A stretch of DNA of 64,000 bases from Spirochaetia bacterium (GCA_963662795.1 OY759746.1:3840001-3904000), one strand, 5' to 3'. Counted from the first letter of the stretch, positions 30,758 through 40,658 are shown. Numbers and translations: made by a program. Notes: generated by a model not told the origin, from the letters alone.

Positions 30758-31438
30758 ATGGATATTCAGGTTCTGATAGTGGAAGACGACCCGATGGTTT
30801 CCGACATCCACAGAAAATTCATCACTTCAATTGATGGTTTTACTGTAACAGGGATAGCGTCAACAGGTAAGGAAGCTCTTGAGATTCTTGATACAAAGGA
30901 TATTAATTTAATCATTCTTGATATATTCATGCCGACAATGGACGGAATTGAGACAATGATAAAGATAAGGGAATCGGGAAAGGATGTTGATATTATCCTG
31001 ATCACTGCCGCTATGGAAGGAGATACTGTAAAACGGTGCCTCAGGTTCGGCGCACTTGACTATATATTGAAACCTTTCAAATTTGAAAGGCTCTGCGCTT
31101 CACTTGAAAATTACAAAAAGATGTATCAGAAAAGATTTGAATATTCGGATAAATATGCCCAAAGCGATATCGATAATCTTCTGCTTACAGCAAGGGATTT
31201 AAACAGCAGCAGTGAACTTCCGAAAGGATTGCAGAACTCGACACTTGAAAAAATTATTGAGAAGATGATTGAACTTGAACATCCCCTTTCAGCAGATGAA
31301 GTCGCAGTAATATGCGGAATTTCAAGAGTGACTGCAAGACGGTATCTTGAGTATCTTTTATACTACGGGAAAGCGGTTATTGAACCTCAGCACCTGAAAG
31401 TCGGAAGGCCTGTAAACAAGTACAGATATCTGAAATAA
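30758..31438 (+). CDS. CitB/DcuR-type response regulator
   Basis: VEDDPMV, LDIFMP, KPF, LPKGL, ISRVTARRYLEYL, VGRP. Confidence 0.93.
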   Translation: MDIQVLIVEDDPMVSDIHRKFITSIDGFTVTGIASTGKEALEILDTKDINLIILDIFMPTMDGIETMIKIRESGKDVDIILITAAMEGDTVKRCLRFGALDYILKPFKFERLCASLENYKKMYQKRFEYSDKYAQSDIDNLLLTARDLNSSSELPKGLQNSTLEKIIEKMIELEHPLSADEVAVICGISRVTARRYLEYLLYYGKAVIEPQHLKVGRPVNKYRYLK

Positions 31439-31473
31439 TTTTTGCTGCTTCACATCAGTTACGGAGACTATAA

Positions 31474-33303
31474 ATGGAAATAAACTCAATATTCAAAGAT
31501 ATTTTCACAAACAAAAAAACCTTTGTAAACGCTGCAGGTTCAAATGAAGGGACATCTTCGGTTTCTTCATCCGGTCTTGCGGCAGCGGCAGAGAAGATGA
31601 TACTTTCCGCCTCGGGATGGAGAAAAATATTTGCAGGCGGTACGGAAAACAGCGGCCGGAATGTAACTGACGAGGATAAATTGCTCATAGCCGGTGCGGC
31701 AAATGTGTTTCATGCATGGATAAAAAAACGGTACGGAAAAGAAAGGGTGTGTATTGCCGCGGCGCTTGATTCAAGGCCAACCGGAGCGCTCCTCGGGGAA
31801 GCGGCTGTAAGAACGCTTTTATCTCTCGGGGCCGAGGTAAGATATCTTTATATCTGTGCGGCGCCTGAGGTGATGGCATGGGTAAAGCAGAGTGAGGAAA
31901 TTGACGGGTTTATCTATATCTCAGCAAGCCACAATCCTATAGGATATAACGGGATCAAATTCGGGCCTGAGACCGGGGCAGTTCTCGGCGGAAGCGGCTC
32001 CGCGGAAATTATAAATAACTTTAAAGCGCTTATCAATGACAAGGGGTCACCCATCCTGCTATCACATCTTCTGAACAATGCAGATCCTGATAAACTTGAA
32101 AAAGCGGCAGCGGATGCTGTCAAATGGAAAAGAGCTTCATATAAAACCTATCTTGATTTTTCACTTCAAATATTCAATCCCGAAAGATCAAGCCTCTCCG
32201 CAGGCAGCGCCGGGAAGCGGAAAAGCGTTATAGGAATCGCGGGAGACCTTAACGGCAGCGCCAGATGCACTTCCATTGATAAAGAATTTTTCTCATCAAT
32301 CGGGGTAAAATCTTTATTCGTAAACACAGAAGCGGGGAATATAAAGCATCCTATCCTTCCTGAAGGGGAAAACCTCTCCTGGTGCAGGAATACACTGGAG
32401 GATGCCCATGCAAAAGACAGTTCATTCACCATCGGATATATGCCGGATAACGACGGAGACAGGGGGAACCTTGTCTGGTTCGATGAGGATTCGCTTTCAG
32501 TCCGTATACTGAAAGCACAGGATGTCTTTGCCCTCACCTGTCTTGCAGAGCTTTCATTCATGACAGAATCAGGCATGCTTGAAGGGAAAAAAGGAGCTGT
32601 AGTCGTTAACGGCCCTACTTCCTGCCGGATTGAGAGAATCGCCTCCTCTTTCGGAGTCAAGGTCTTCCGCGCGGAAGTGGGAGAAGCAAACGCCGTAAGC
32701 CTTGCGCAGAAGCTTATTAATGAAGGCTGGGTTATCCGCTACCTGGGTGAAGGTTCAAACGGAGGCAGCATAACATTTCCGGCTACAGTACGGGACCCGC
32801 TTAACACAATCGGTGCCATAGTAAGACTGCTGCGCAGCAGAGGAAAAAAAGGAGAGACACTTAAGGAAATTATAAAAAGCCTCCCCCCGTTTACAACGAC
32901 AGAGACAGACGACCCTCTCGCAAAAATGCATATTAAAACAGCCGATCAGGCCTTGCTGAAAGAAAGGTATGAAAATATTTTTCTAAGTGAATGGGAGGAA
33001 AAAAAATCCTATCTTGAAAAAGAGGCCGGCATAGCATCCTGGGAGGAAGTAAACTATATGCAGACCGATGCTGTAAAAGGCATGGGAAAAGAGTCACGCG
33101 GCAGCAGGGTTTCCGGGGGCCTGAAAATTCTCTTCAAAGACTCAGGTAATAATGATAAAGGGTTTATCTGGATGAGAGGGTCCGGCACAGAGCCCGTTTT
33201 CCGCGTAATGGCTGACATCGAAGGGGAAAACAGCCCGCTTGAACGTTTTCTTGTTAAATGGCAGCGGGAGATGATAGAGAAAGCGGACTCATTTGCAAAA
33301 TGA
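31474..33303 (+). CDS. Alpha-D-phosphohexomutase (phosphoglucomutase/phosphomannomutase family)
   Basis: SASHNP phosphoserine loop, DNDGDR metal loop, RGSGTEP. Confidence 0.88.
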   Translation: MEINSIFKDIFTNKKTFVNAAGSNEGTSSVSSSGLAAAAEKMILSASGWRKIFAGGTENSGRNVTDEDKLLIAGAANVFHAWIKKRYGKERVCIAAALDSRPTGALLGEAAVRTLLSLGAEVRYLYICAAPEVMAWVKQSEEIDGFIYISASHNPIGYNGIKFGPETGAVLGGSGSAEIINNFKALINDKGSPILLSHLLNNADPDKLEKAAADAVKWKRASYKTYLDFSLQIFNPERSSLSAGSAGKRKSVIGIAGDLNGSARCTSIDKEFFSSIGVKSLFVNTEAGNIKHPILPEGENLSWCRNTLEDAHAKDSSFTIGYMPDNDGDRGNLVWFDEDSLSVRILKAQDVFALTCLAELSFMTESGMLEGKKGAVVVNGPTSCRIERIASSFGVKVFRAEVGEANAVSLAQKLINEGWVIRYLGEGSNGGSITFPATVRDPLNTIGAIVRLLRSRGKKGETLKEIIKSLPPFTTTETDDPLAKMHIKTADQALLKERYENIFLSEWEEKKSYLEKEAGIASWEEVNYMQTDAVKGMGKESRGSRVSGGLKILFKDSGNNDKGFIWMRGSGTEPVFRVMADIEGENSPLERFLVKWQREMIEKADSFAK

Positions 33304-33371
33304 CTTAAAAAACCTCCGGATCTTTTAAGCACATTGCCCGGTCTGCATCCCCCGCCGCTGTATGCACTTTA

Positions 33372-36074
33372 CTATTTTACGCTTAAGTTGAAAACACCGT
33401 CCCAGTTTTTGGGAGGCGGAGTCTTCTTGAAATCAACGCATCTTTTAATATAGGTAACCGCCGGCCCGTCATCGGGTGAAATACCTAATACCTTATTGAA
33501 CAGATCGGCACACCCGTCCCAGTCCTGCCCCTGGAATTTCTCAAGCGCGCTGTGCGAAAGCTCAATAATTTCAAGTGTCTTATCCGATGCTTCCTTTTTC
33601 TCATCAATAAGCTCAAAAAGCTGTACCGGCCTGTTTATGCCCACTACCCTTACAGGATCAAGCTTCCTGCAGGCAAACCGGTTTTTTGTCTGGCTGATTG
33701 TATACTCGCTTGCAAGGATCCAGGTGCCGTACTGTTTGTTTACCCCTTCAAGGCGGGCGGCAAGGTTTACAGCGTTGCCCATAATTGTATAGTCCATCTT
33801 CCGTGCCGTACCCATGTTGCCGACAACCATCTCGCCGGTATTAATCCCTATTCTTGTCATCAGGGGGCTCGGCGCAATCTGTTTATCAAGAAACACCTTG
33901 TTTATTTCCATCTCCATCTTCTTCATCTTTACTGCCGCCGAGCATGCCTGCTGCGCGTGGTCCGGAAACTCTACCGGCGCTCCGAAAAAGGAGATAATCG
34001 CGTCGCCCTCATATTTATCGATAGTACCCCTGCTGTCGAGTATGATATCACTCATGGCAGTGAGATACTCGTTAAGAAGTTTTACAAGGTCTGACGGGTC
34101 AAGAGACTCTGAAATTGTGGAAAAGCCCCTTACATCAGTAAAAATCGCAGTAAGCTCTTTTTTATCTCCCCCGAGTTTAAGTTTTTCAGGATCGTTCATC
34201 AGCTGTGAGATTACATCCTGTGAAAGATAATGGCCGAATGCGTTTCTGATAAATATTTTTTCCTTTGATGTGGTTATCAGGTTTACCATTGTATAGATAA
34301 TAAATGTAACAAATACTGATGCTGCAGGTGTAATAACATTTACATACATACCGGTATATCTGAAAACAGCTGCGGCAGATGCAAGTATTAAAGCGATAAA
34401 AGAGAGCCCGATAATTATGGAAGTGCCGGCGCTTCTTCTTTTAATAACAGCAAAAACAAGAAGTGAAAACAGAAATGAGGCAAGTATTGGAATCCAGAAA
34501 GGAGCAATTGAAATAAACTGCCTGCTTAATATTGTGTTTGCAACTGAAGCATGAGTTCCTACATTCATATACTCTTTCTCAAAAGGGTTTACGCCAATAT
34601 CGGTAGTTGATGTTCCGGTATGCCCGATAATGCAGAAAGACCCTTCGACATTTTCCCTTATAATCCGTCTTGCCTCCGCAAGTTCCGTGGATATTGAAAT
34701 TGTCTTTGCGAATATATCAGGTACATCCTTTTTAAGCTCTGTATACTCATTTTTAACGTCAGCAGGAATTGAATCAGAATTAATTACCGCATCAATATCG
34801 TTAAGAATCCTTTTTTCCGCATCCCCTGACAAAAAAGAGGCTGTTTCAAGAAGGAAATATTCCCTTACCTGCGCATATTCATCGAAATTTGATGTATCGC
34901 CTGACTCAACCATCCGGCTGAGAAGATCATCAGCATATTGATAGAGATCATAAAGAGGAGTATCGCCGTTATAATATTCAAGATATCCTGCATGTTTCAT
35001 AAGCTTAAGATTCTCGGCAAGCGACTTATAAAGCCTGTTGTGCATCTCAAGATACCAGTAAGTCATGTGCCTGAAACTTTTTTCATAGCTTTTTACAGGC
35101 CAGTTGATAAGAAGCTGACCGTCAACAAGTGGTATTGAGATATCCTCGGTTTTACCGTCAGGAAGGACCGCCCCTTTTAACAGAAGACTTCCTTTTCCTG
35201 CCTTAATCTCAGGCTTTCCCAGCCAGTCATAAAGCGGCGAAAAAGCAAGCTGGGGAAAGTACCTGCCCTTATAAACCCTTAACAGGTCTATCCTTCTCCT
35301 TACCCCGTCGTTATCGATAAACACATTGGGAAACCCAGCTCCCCTGCCGTTTTTAAGTACAGGTGCTATCGCGGGACGCAGGTCATCAGCCCGGAAAAAA
35401 ATATCTCCCCCTGAATCAATTTTTATGGAGGAAATCGGGATATTTTCAGATGCCCACTCTTTCAGTTCCGCAGGAACGCTGTCGTCAGTCCCTTTAAACA
35501 TATTAACAGTAAAAAAAGCCTTGCCGAAATACCTTGCAGCCTTTCCCAGGTACTCATCATTATCCCGAGCCACACTGCCCATGGTATCGAGCAGATTAAG
35601 CTTTATGCTGTTGTTGATCTCCTTAAGCTGGGAAGCAAAATCAGATGCATCCCGCACACGCAGCTGCCCTGAGGAAATCGCCCCGAAAAGGTCTGAAATA
35701 TTGCTGTTAATTGTATCAAACTGCTGGTTTAAGGTATCAGGTATTTTATTTTCAAGAAATTCTGCATTAATCCCTCTTGGGCTTTTTTCCGTATATTCAA
35801 TATCAAATACAGCATATTCAGCCCTGAATTCTTTCAGGAGAAGCAGCCCGTCCGCCATTATGCTCCTGCTCCAGGGCCACACTCCTACTTTTGAGATAGC
35901 AAGATCATCAACGTCAATCAATACAATCTTCTTCTCTTCCGGAACTTCCGGCTTTATTCTTAAAAAAAGGTCATAAGCCCTGTGTTCATTGTCCTCCATG
36001 ATCTGGGTAAAACTTAATATGGTAAATACAGCCGCAACAGCAAATGGCATAAAATAAAGCAGATTTTTTTTCAT
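33372..36074 (-). CDS. CHASE2-domain class III adenylate cyclase (copy 1)
   Basis: N-terminal TM, CHASE2 motifs (WPWSR, D.DGVRR), 3 TM, FTDVRGFS, DKYEGDA, DYTIMGNAVNLAARLE, C-terminal TPR-like tail ending WDGV; G-rich RBS before ATG 36074. Confidence 0.93.
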   Translation of the reverse strand: MKKNLLYFMPFAVAAVFTILSFTQIMEDNEHRAYDLFLRIKPEVPEEKKIVLIDVDDLAISKVGVWPWSRSIMADGLLLLKEFRAEYAVFDIEYTEKSPRGINAEFLENKIPDTLNQQFDTINSNISDLFGAISSGQLRVRDASDFASQLKEINNSIKLNLLDTMGSVARDNDEYLGKAARYFGKAFFTVNMFKGTDDSVPAELKEWASENIPISSIKIDSGGDIFFRADDLRPAIAPVLKNGRGAGFPNVFIDNDGVRRRIDLLRVYKGRYFPQLAFSPLYDWLGKPEIKAGKGSLLLKGAVLPDGKTEDISIPLVDGQLLINWPVKSYEKSFRHMTYWYLEMHNRLYKSLAENLKLMKHAGYLEYYNGDTPLYDLYQYADDLLSRMVESGDTSNFDEYAQVREYFLLETASFLSGDAEKRILNDIDAVINSDSIPADVKNEYTELKKDVPDIFAKTISISTELAEARRIIRENVEGSFCIIGHTGTSTTDIGVNPFEKEYMNVGTHASVANTILSRQFISIAPFWIPILASFLFSLLVFAVIKRRSAGTSIIIGLSFIALILASAAAVFRYTGMYVNVITPAASVFVTFIIYTMVNLITTSKEKIFIRNAFGHYLSQDVISQLMNDPEKLKLGGDKKELTAIFTDVRGFSTISESLDPSDLVKLLNEYLTAMSDIILDSRGTIDKYEGDAIISFFGAPVEFPDHAQQACSAAVKMKKMEMEINKVFLDKQIAPSPLMTRIGINTGEMVVGNMGTARKMDYTIMGNAVNLAARLEGVNKQYGTWILASEYTISQTKNRFACRKLDPVRVVGINRPVQLFELIDEKKEASDKTLEIIELSHSALEKFQGQDWDGCADLFNKVLGISPDDGPAVTYIKRCVDFKKTPPPKNWDGVFNLSVK

Positions 36075-36206
36075 GTCCCCTCCCCCGGGATTTTTTATAT
36101 TATTCAATTTTTAATTTCATTCTACAGTAATTTATATTATAATTGTATAATGTAATTATTAGAAATGAAATTACAAAAAGATATTTTAAAAAAACAAAGG
36201 AGTTTA

Positions 36207-36656
36207 ATGATGAAAAGAGCATTTTTATCTGCAGCTCTTTTTCTGACCGCGATGCTCATTTACAGTCAATCCAACGAGGAAATAGACGCATTTATGGCTA
36301 AAAAACAGGCGGATGTAGCAACAGCAGCTTACTTCACCCTTTCAGCAGCCGGAATGCAGAACGCCGCATCCACAGCAGAGGCAGCTCCCGGATACCTTAA
36401 TGAGAACAAGTGGTTTAAGGAAGAGCTTAAAGGGGATGAGCTGCTTAAAGCAAGTGACGCATCATACCTTATCATGAAGGCATTCGCGCAGAAAGGCGGC
36501 CTTATGTATACAATCGCACCGGGACCGCGCTATGCGCTTAAGGAGATCAAGTACCTCAAACTCATTGATCAGAAAACAGACCCCGCAAAGATAATGACCG
36601 GGGAAGAGTTCATGATACTTCTTTCTGAATTCCTGTCATGGAAGGAGACAAACTGA
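36207..36656 (+). CDS. Small secreted protein with SLH-like helical repeats (module gene A, copy 1)
   Basis: AAGGAG RBS, signal peptide, GGLMY...PGPRYA.KE.KY motif shared with 51038..51520. Confidence 0.75.
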   Translation: MMKRAFLSAALFLTAMLIYSQSNEEIDAFMAKKQADVATAAYFTLSAAGMQNAASTAEAAPGYLNENKWFKEELKGDELLKASDASYLIMKAFAQKGGLMYTIAPGPRYALKEIKYLKLIDQKTDPAKIMTGEEFMILLSEFLSWKETN

Positions 36657-37972
36657 TGAAAAAAGCACTTTTTATTTTACTTGCGGCATTTGCCGCAGTA
36701 TCGTTAGCATCAGCTGTCGATTTCGGGGGAAACCTTGAAAATTATTCACTTATAACCAGCGATGATGATTCACAGAAACAGACAGACAAGGCAGCCCTCT
36801 GGTTTGGCGTATCCCCGTCTGAAACAATATATATCAAGGGACAGGGAAGCGTTGCCTACTCACTCGATGATTACGACTTTCTTGCCGATATTGACTACCT
36901 CTATATCACACAGGATTTCCCGGGAGCAATAAATGAGCAATCAGCTTTCACCTACAAGGCGGGAAGGTTTTTCCAGTCGGAATTCACAGGTAAAGTATTT
37001 GCCCACAGGCTTGACGGGGCTCTTTTTACTCTTGCGCTTCCGATAGCAAACTTTTCACTCGGAGCAGGCTATACAGGTCTTTTACTCAAGCCGGTTTCCG
37101 GCGTAAACAATACAGCGGCAGATATGGTTGATGATTCTGATGATGATGTAAAACTTGCACCCAAAAAGATGATAGTAAGACTTGGCGCAAGCTTTATTGA
37201 TATTATGCCTGCGCAGCAGCTTGATGTTTCGTTTGTAACCCAGTTTGACATGAGAAGCGACGACCTGCTTGAAGACGGCGATGCTGCAACAGAAGACGGC
37301 AACGGCGGAAAACTCAACACATACTATATAGGAGCAGGGCTTTCCGGGGCAATTACAGGTTCATTTATATATGACACATACCTTTATTATCAGCTTGGGA
37401 AAACCCTTACCCTGATTGATGACGAATTTACCGATAAACCCATAAGCGCAATTCTCCTGGGCGGAAGCCTGAGCTACCTTAACAGGGAGTTCTACAGGTC
37501 AAAGGTGACCGGGTCTCTGCTTTACGCAAGCGGCGATGACGATAATACCTCGGTTTATGAAGGCAACACAAAGGGAAGCGGCACACAGTTCATGCCGGTG
37601 TCCTCATCTTCAACCGGGCTTATATTCTCCCCAACTCCGTCTAATTTACTTAAGGCAGGGCTTGAATACTCAATGAAGCCTTTTGCGGAAAGCAAAAATA
37701 TGATGAAAAACTTCCAGGCTGCAGTCAGCGCCGGAATTTTCTACAAGGCATCTGAAGGAGCTGTTTCGGAGTCCAAGGCTTCGGCAGTCTCTGATGAAAA
37801 ATACCTTGGAACTGAAGCGCTGCTGACGCTCAACTTCAGGCCGGTATCGGATTTCGGTCTCACGCTCGCAGGAGGAGCTTTCTTCCCGAACGACAGCAAA
37901 GACGGCCCAATGGGTGAGGATTACAGGGATACTGAGGCAGGCGTAATGATCAACGTCTCTCTCAGTTTCTAG
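36656..37972 (+). CDS. Outer-membrane beta-barrel protein (alginate-export-like; module gene B, copy 1)
   Basis: Signal peptide, amphipathic strands, YLGTE, C-terminal beta-signal INVSLSF; TGATG coupling to the upstream gene. Confidence 0.8.
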   Translation: MKKALFILLAAFAAVSLASAVDFGGNLENYSLITSDDDSQKQTDKAALWFGVSPSETIYIKGQGSVAYSLDDYDFLADIDYLYITQDFPGAINEQSAFTYKAGRFFQSEFTGKVFAHRLDGALFTLALPIANFSLGAGYTGLLLKPVSGVNNTAADMVDDSDDDVKLAPKKMIVRLGASFIDIMPAQQLDVSFVTQFDMRSDDLLEDGDAATEDGNGGKLNTYYIGAGLSGAITGSFIYDTYLYYQLGKTLTLIDDEFTDKPISAILLGGSLSYLNREFYRSKVTGSLLYASGDDDNTSVYEGNTKGSGTQFMPVSSSSTGLIFSPTPSNLLKAGLEYSMKPFAESKNMMKNFQAAVSAGIFYKASEGAVSESKASAVSDEKYLGTEALLTLNFRPVSDFGLTLAGGAFFPNDSKDGPMGEDYRDTEAGVMINVSLSF

Positions 37973-38026
37973 CTTTTATACAGATATGATTATGGATGAA
38001 TTGCATCCAAGTTTTTGGAGGACAAA

Positions 38027-38716
38027 TTGAGATTACATAAAATACACATTCCAATGATAATTCTGCTGTTGCTTACATCATCAGCTGTTTTCGCAGCAGA
38101 TGCAGTAATAAAGAATTTCACAGGAAGGGTTGAGATTCAAAATGCAGGCTCTTCTGCATGGAGCGCCGTCTCGCAGGGACAGAGCATAAAAACCGGAACA
38201 CTGATATCAACAGGTTTTAATTCAAACGCAGTACTTGACCTTGGCAGCTCCGAGATTTTCCTGAAACCGCTTACAAGGGTTTCTGTCGACGATCTTGAGA
38301 CAAGCGGCAGTACAATCAAGACAGACCTCAACCTGAAGCTCGGCAAAATAAGGGCGGATGTAAAAACGACAGAAGGACTCAAGCACAACTTCACCCTGCG
38401 CACCCCTGTATCCACTGCCGCTGTACGCGGAACAGTATTTGAAGCCGGAGTCTCATCCCTTGATGTAATTCAGGGAATGATTGCATATTCAAATAAAATA
38501 GGACAGAAACGCAGTGTTGGAGGCGGCTCTTCCTCTTCCATGCCTGGAACAGGGTTCAGCTCGCCTGAATCAGCGCTTGAGGCAATAGCCGCAAGTTTCA
38601 GCATAGACACAACAACAGCTGTTGAAACCGGTGCCGAAATTATAAGCGATTATGTAAAAATCAGGACCACAGGCGAAGGTACAGTTGTCGTTACAGTTAT
38701 AAGTAAGCCGTATTAA
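38027..38716 (+). CDS. Secreted FecR-domain protein (module gene C, copy 1)
   Basis: GGAGG then TTG start; signal AVFA|AD; ISTGFNS, LKPLTR, TPVSTAAVRGT. Confidence 0.88.
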   Translation: MRLHKIHIPMIILLLLTSSAVFAADAVIKNFTGRVEIQNAGSSAWSAVSQGQSIKTGTLISTGFNSNAVLDLGSSEIFLKPLTRVSVDDLETSGSTIKTDLNLKLGKIRADVKTTEGLKHNFTLRTPVSTAAVRGTVFEAGVSSLDVIQGMIAYSNKIGQKRSVGGGSSSSMPGTGFSSPESALEAIAASFSIDTTTAVETGAEIISDYVKIRTTGEGTVVVTVISKPY

Positions 38717-38728
38717 AGGAGGTCAGAA

Positions 38729-39196
38729 ATGAAAAAATTATTTTTTTTATTTTTACTATTATCAATTTTTTTTATTTCCTGTTATATAACCCCTGAAAGT
38801 GATCAGGAAGACAGTGTATTATCTCTGCGGTTACCTGCAGACAGCATTCCACAAAGAGAGATTGGGGTAGATGAAGCCGGGTTTATGGCAATAATTACAA
38901 ATGTTAATTTTGAGACTGAAGAGGTAGATGCAAGTTTTTTTAATAATCCCGAAAATGCATTATATATTGAAGAAGTCACAATCAGTTCTTCATCAGAAGA
39001 TACCTTCATGGACAATTTACCAATTGAAATCCGTCTTGAAAAGGTTCCAGAGGGCGATAAAATGTACATCTATCTAATGTATCTTGGGAGTTTAGCATCT
39101 GACAATCCTTTTGGATTCTTTTATTCTGAAACCCCATTTTCAATAAAAAAGGGTGAGATCACTTATATAGAACTAACTGGATATGTTTTATATTAG
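38729..39196 (+). CDS. Variable lipoprotein (module gene D, copy 1)
   Basis: AAAGGAGG RBS; MKK-hydrophobic-ISC|Y lipobox; acidic beta-rich body. Confidence 0.8.
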   Translation: MKKLFFLFLLLSIFFISCYITPESDQEDSVLSLRLPADSIPQREIGVDEAGFMAIITNVNFETEEVDASFFNNPENALYIEEVTISSSSEDTFMDNLPIEIRLEKVPEGDKMYIYLMYLGSLASDNPFGFFYSETPFSIKKGEITYIELTGYVLY

Positions 39197-39223
39197 CTAT
39201 ATTCCGGAAGTATAGTTATCACT

Positions 39224-39253
39224 AAAAAGCCGGCTGTAACACCGGCTTTTTTT
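39224..39253. terminator. Bidirectional rho-independent terminator
   Basis: AAAAAGCCGG-ctgtaaca-CCGGCTTTTTTT between convergent genes. Confidence 0.85.
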
Positions 39254-39272
39254 ATACACCTGATAACTGTTC

Positions 39273-39701
39273 TCAATTCCGATCCTTCTTTTCAGCTTCC
39301 TTCACCATTATACGTTCCTTCACAACAACACTGTCCCGTGTATAGCCGTGTCTTTCGTAAAAACCATGCGCGAAACGTGTCGTTAAATAACCTCGAATTG
39401 TTTTAAGCTCATCAATATTATCTATATAGCACATCAGTTGCTCTCCTATACCCTGTCCCTGATATTCAGGTAAAACAAAGAATTCTGCAAGGTAATACAT
39501 GGTTGAAAAATCAGTTACAATCCGTGCAAAGCCGACCTGCTTTCTGTCAAGATACACTCCGATGCAGAAAGAGTTTTCAATAGACTTAACAATAACCTCA
39601 TCAGGCCTGTCCTTTGCCCAGTAAGACTCTTTATGCAGAAAATCTTTAATCATTTCTATATCAAGCCTTGATTTGTCTGTGCTGAATTCAATTTCTTTCA
39701 T
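39273..39701 (-). CDS. GNAT family N-acetyltransferase
   Basis: SYWA, QVGFARIVTD, VLPEYQGQGIG, AHGFYER; start at 39701, 6 nt after a TTGACA-N17-CAGATT promoter. Confidence 0.9.
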   Translation of the reverse strand: MKEIEFSTDKSRLDIEMIKDFLHKESYWAKDRPDEVIVKSIENSFCIGVYLDRKQVGFARIVTDFSTMYYLAEFFVLPEYQGQGIGEQLMCYIDNIDELKTIRGYLTTRFAHGFYERHGYTRDSVVVKERIMVKEAEKKDRN

Positions 39702-39940
39702 AAAACCAATCTGCAATAACATAATATAAGTGTCAACCTTCCGTGCAAGAGATATTCATTCAATTTATTTTCAGAAATTCCTTTTATTTTCATTTTTTCT
39801 AAATTATAATTAAATCATTGACTAATGTTTGGTTTAATTTATTTATAAGTGAATAAAACTGTTTTACCTTTTTTTTCAACTTGAACCGGTTTTACCCAAA
39901 CTATTCTACTTCTGTCATTTTTTTTATTCAGGAGGGATAA

Positions 39941-40639
39941 ATGATTAAAGTTAAATTTCCCTTTATAGTCCTGCTTCTTTTTTTACTGTCATCAACTGCG
40001 GGATTTGCAGCAGATCAGGCAATTCTGAAAACTCTTTCCGGCAAAGTGGAACTTAACACAGGAGGCACTTCATGGATCCCGGCAAAACAGGGACAGACAA
40101 TAGCCAAAGGGACAGTTATTTCTACCGGATTCAATTCAAATGCTGTTGTAGACCTCGGAAGCTCGGAAATTTTTTTAAAACCTCTTACAAGAATAGCGCT
40201 CGAAGATCTTTCAACAAGCGGCAATACAATAAAAACAAACCTTAACCTGAGGCTCGGCAGAATTGACGCAGATGTTAAAACAACTGAAGGGCTTAAGCAT
40301 AACTTCACTCTGAGAACACCTGTCTCGACTGCCGCGGTCCGGGGAACCAGATTCACAGCAGGGGTTGCAATGCTTGAAGTAAAAACCGGCAGGATTTCCT
40401 ATTCAAATAAAATAGGACAGAAGAGAAGTGTTTCAGGCGGATCATCCTCTTCTGTTTCAGGCGGCGGCTATACAGCACCTGAGTCAGCGGCTGAAGCAGT
40501 TGTCCAGACATTCAGCACTTTAACAACAACAGTTACAGAAACCGGCACAAGCATTATTGTAAGACCGCCTCCGGCCCTTCCCACAACAGGTACAGTAACA
40601 GTCACATGGGATCTGGATGAATCCGGTCTCCCGATGTGA
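39941..40639 (+). CDS. Secreted FecR-domain protein (module gene C, copy 2)
   Basis: GGAGG RBS; signal AGFA|AD; core near-identical to 38027..38716 (e.g. KTTEGLKHNFTLRTPVSTAAVRGT). Confidence 0.9.
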   Translation: MIKVKFPFIVLLLFLLSSTAGFAADQAILKTLSGKVELNTGGTSWIPAKQGQTIAKGTVISTGFNSNAVVDLGSSEIFLKPLTRIALEDLSTSGNTIKTNLNLRLGRIDADVKTTEGLKHNFTLRTPVSTAAVRGTRFTAGVAMLEVKTGRISYSNKIGQKRSVSGGSSSSVSGGGYTAPESAAEAVVQTFSTLTTTVTETGTSIIVRPPPALPTTGTVTVTWDLDESGLPM

Positions 40640-40658
40640 AGAAGATAAGGAGTAATTT

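Noticed and set aside
39772-39782. CAGAAATTCCT, an 11-bp match to the IS30 terminal repeat, upstream of FecR copy 2
   Set aside because: Short, in AT-rich DNA, with no partner end or transposase remnant; chance cannot be excluded.
39737-39940. Possible RiPP precursor ORF for the RRE-like glycosyltransferases
   Set aside because: AT-rich promoter-like DNA with no RBS-led short ORF found.
38027-40639. Classical FecIRA iron-uptake signalling
   Set aside because: There is no ECF sigma factor, TonB-dependent receptor or N-terminal anti-sigma domain, and the barrels (~430-440 aa) are too short for TonB receptors with plugs.
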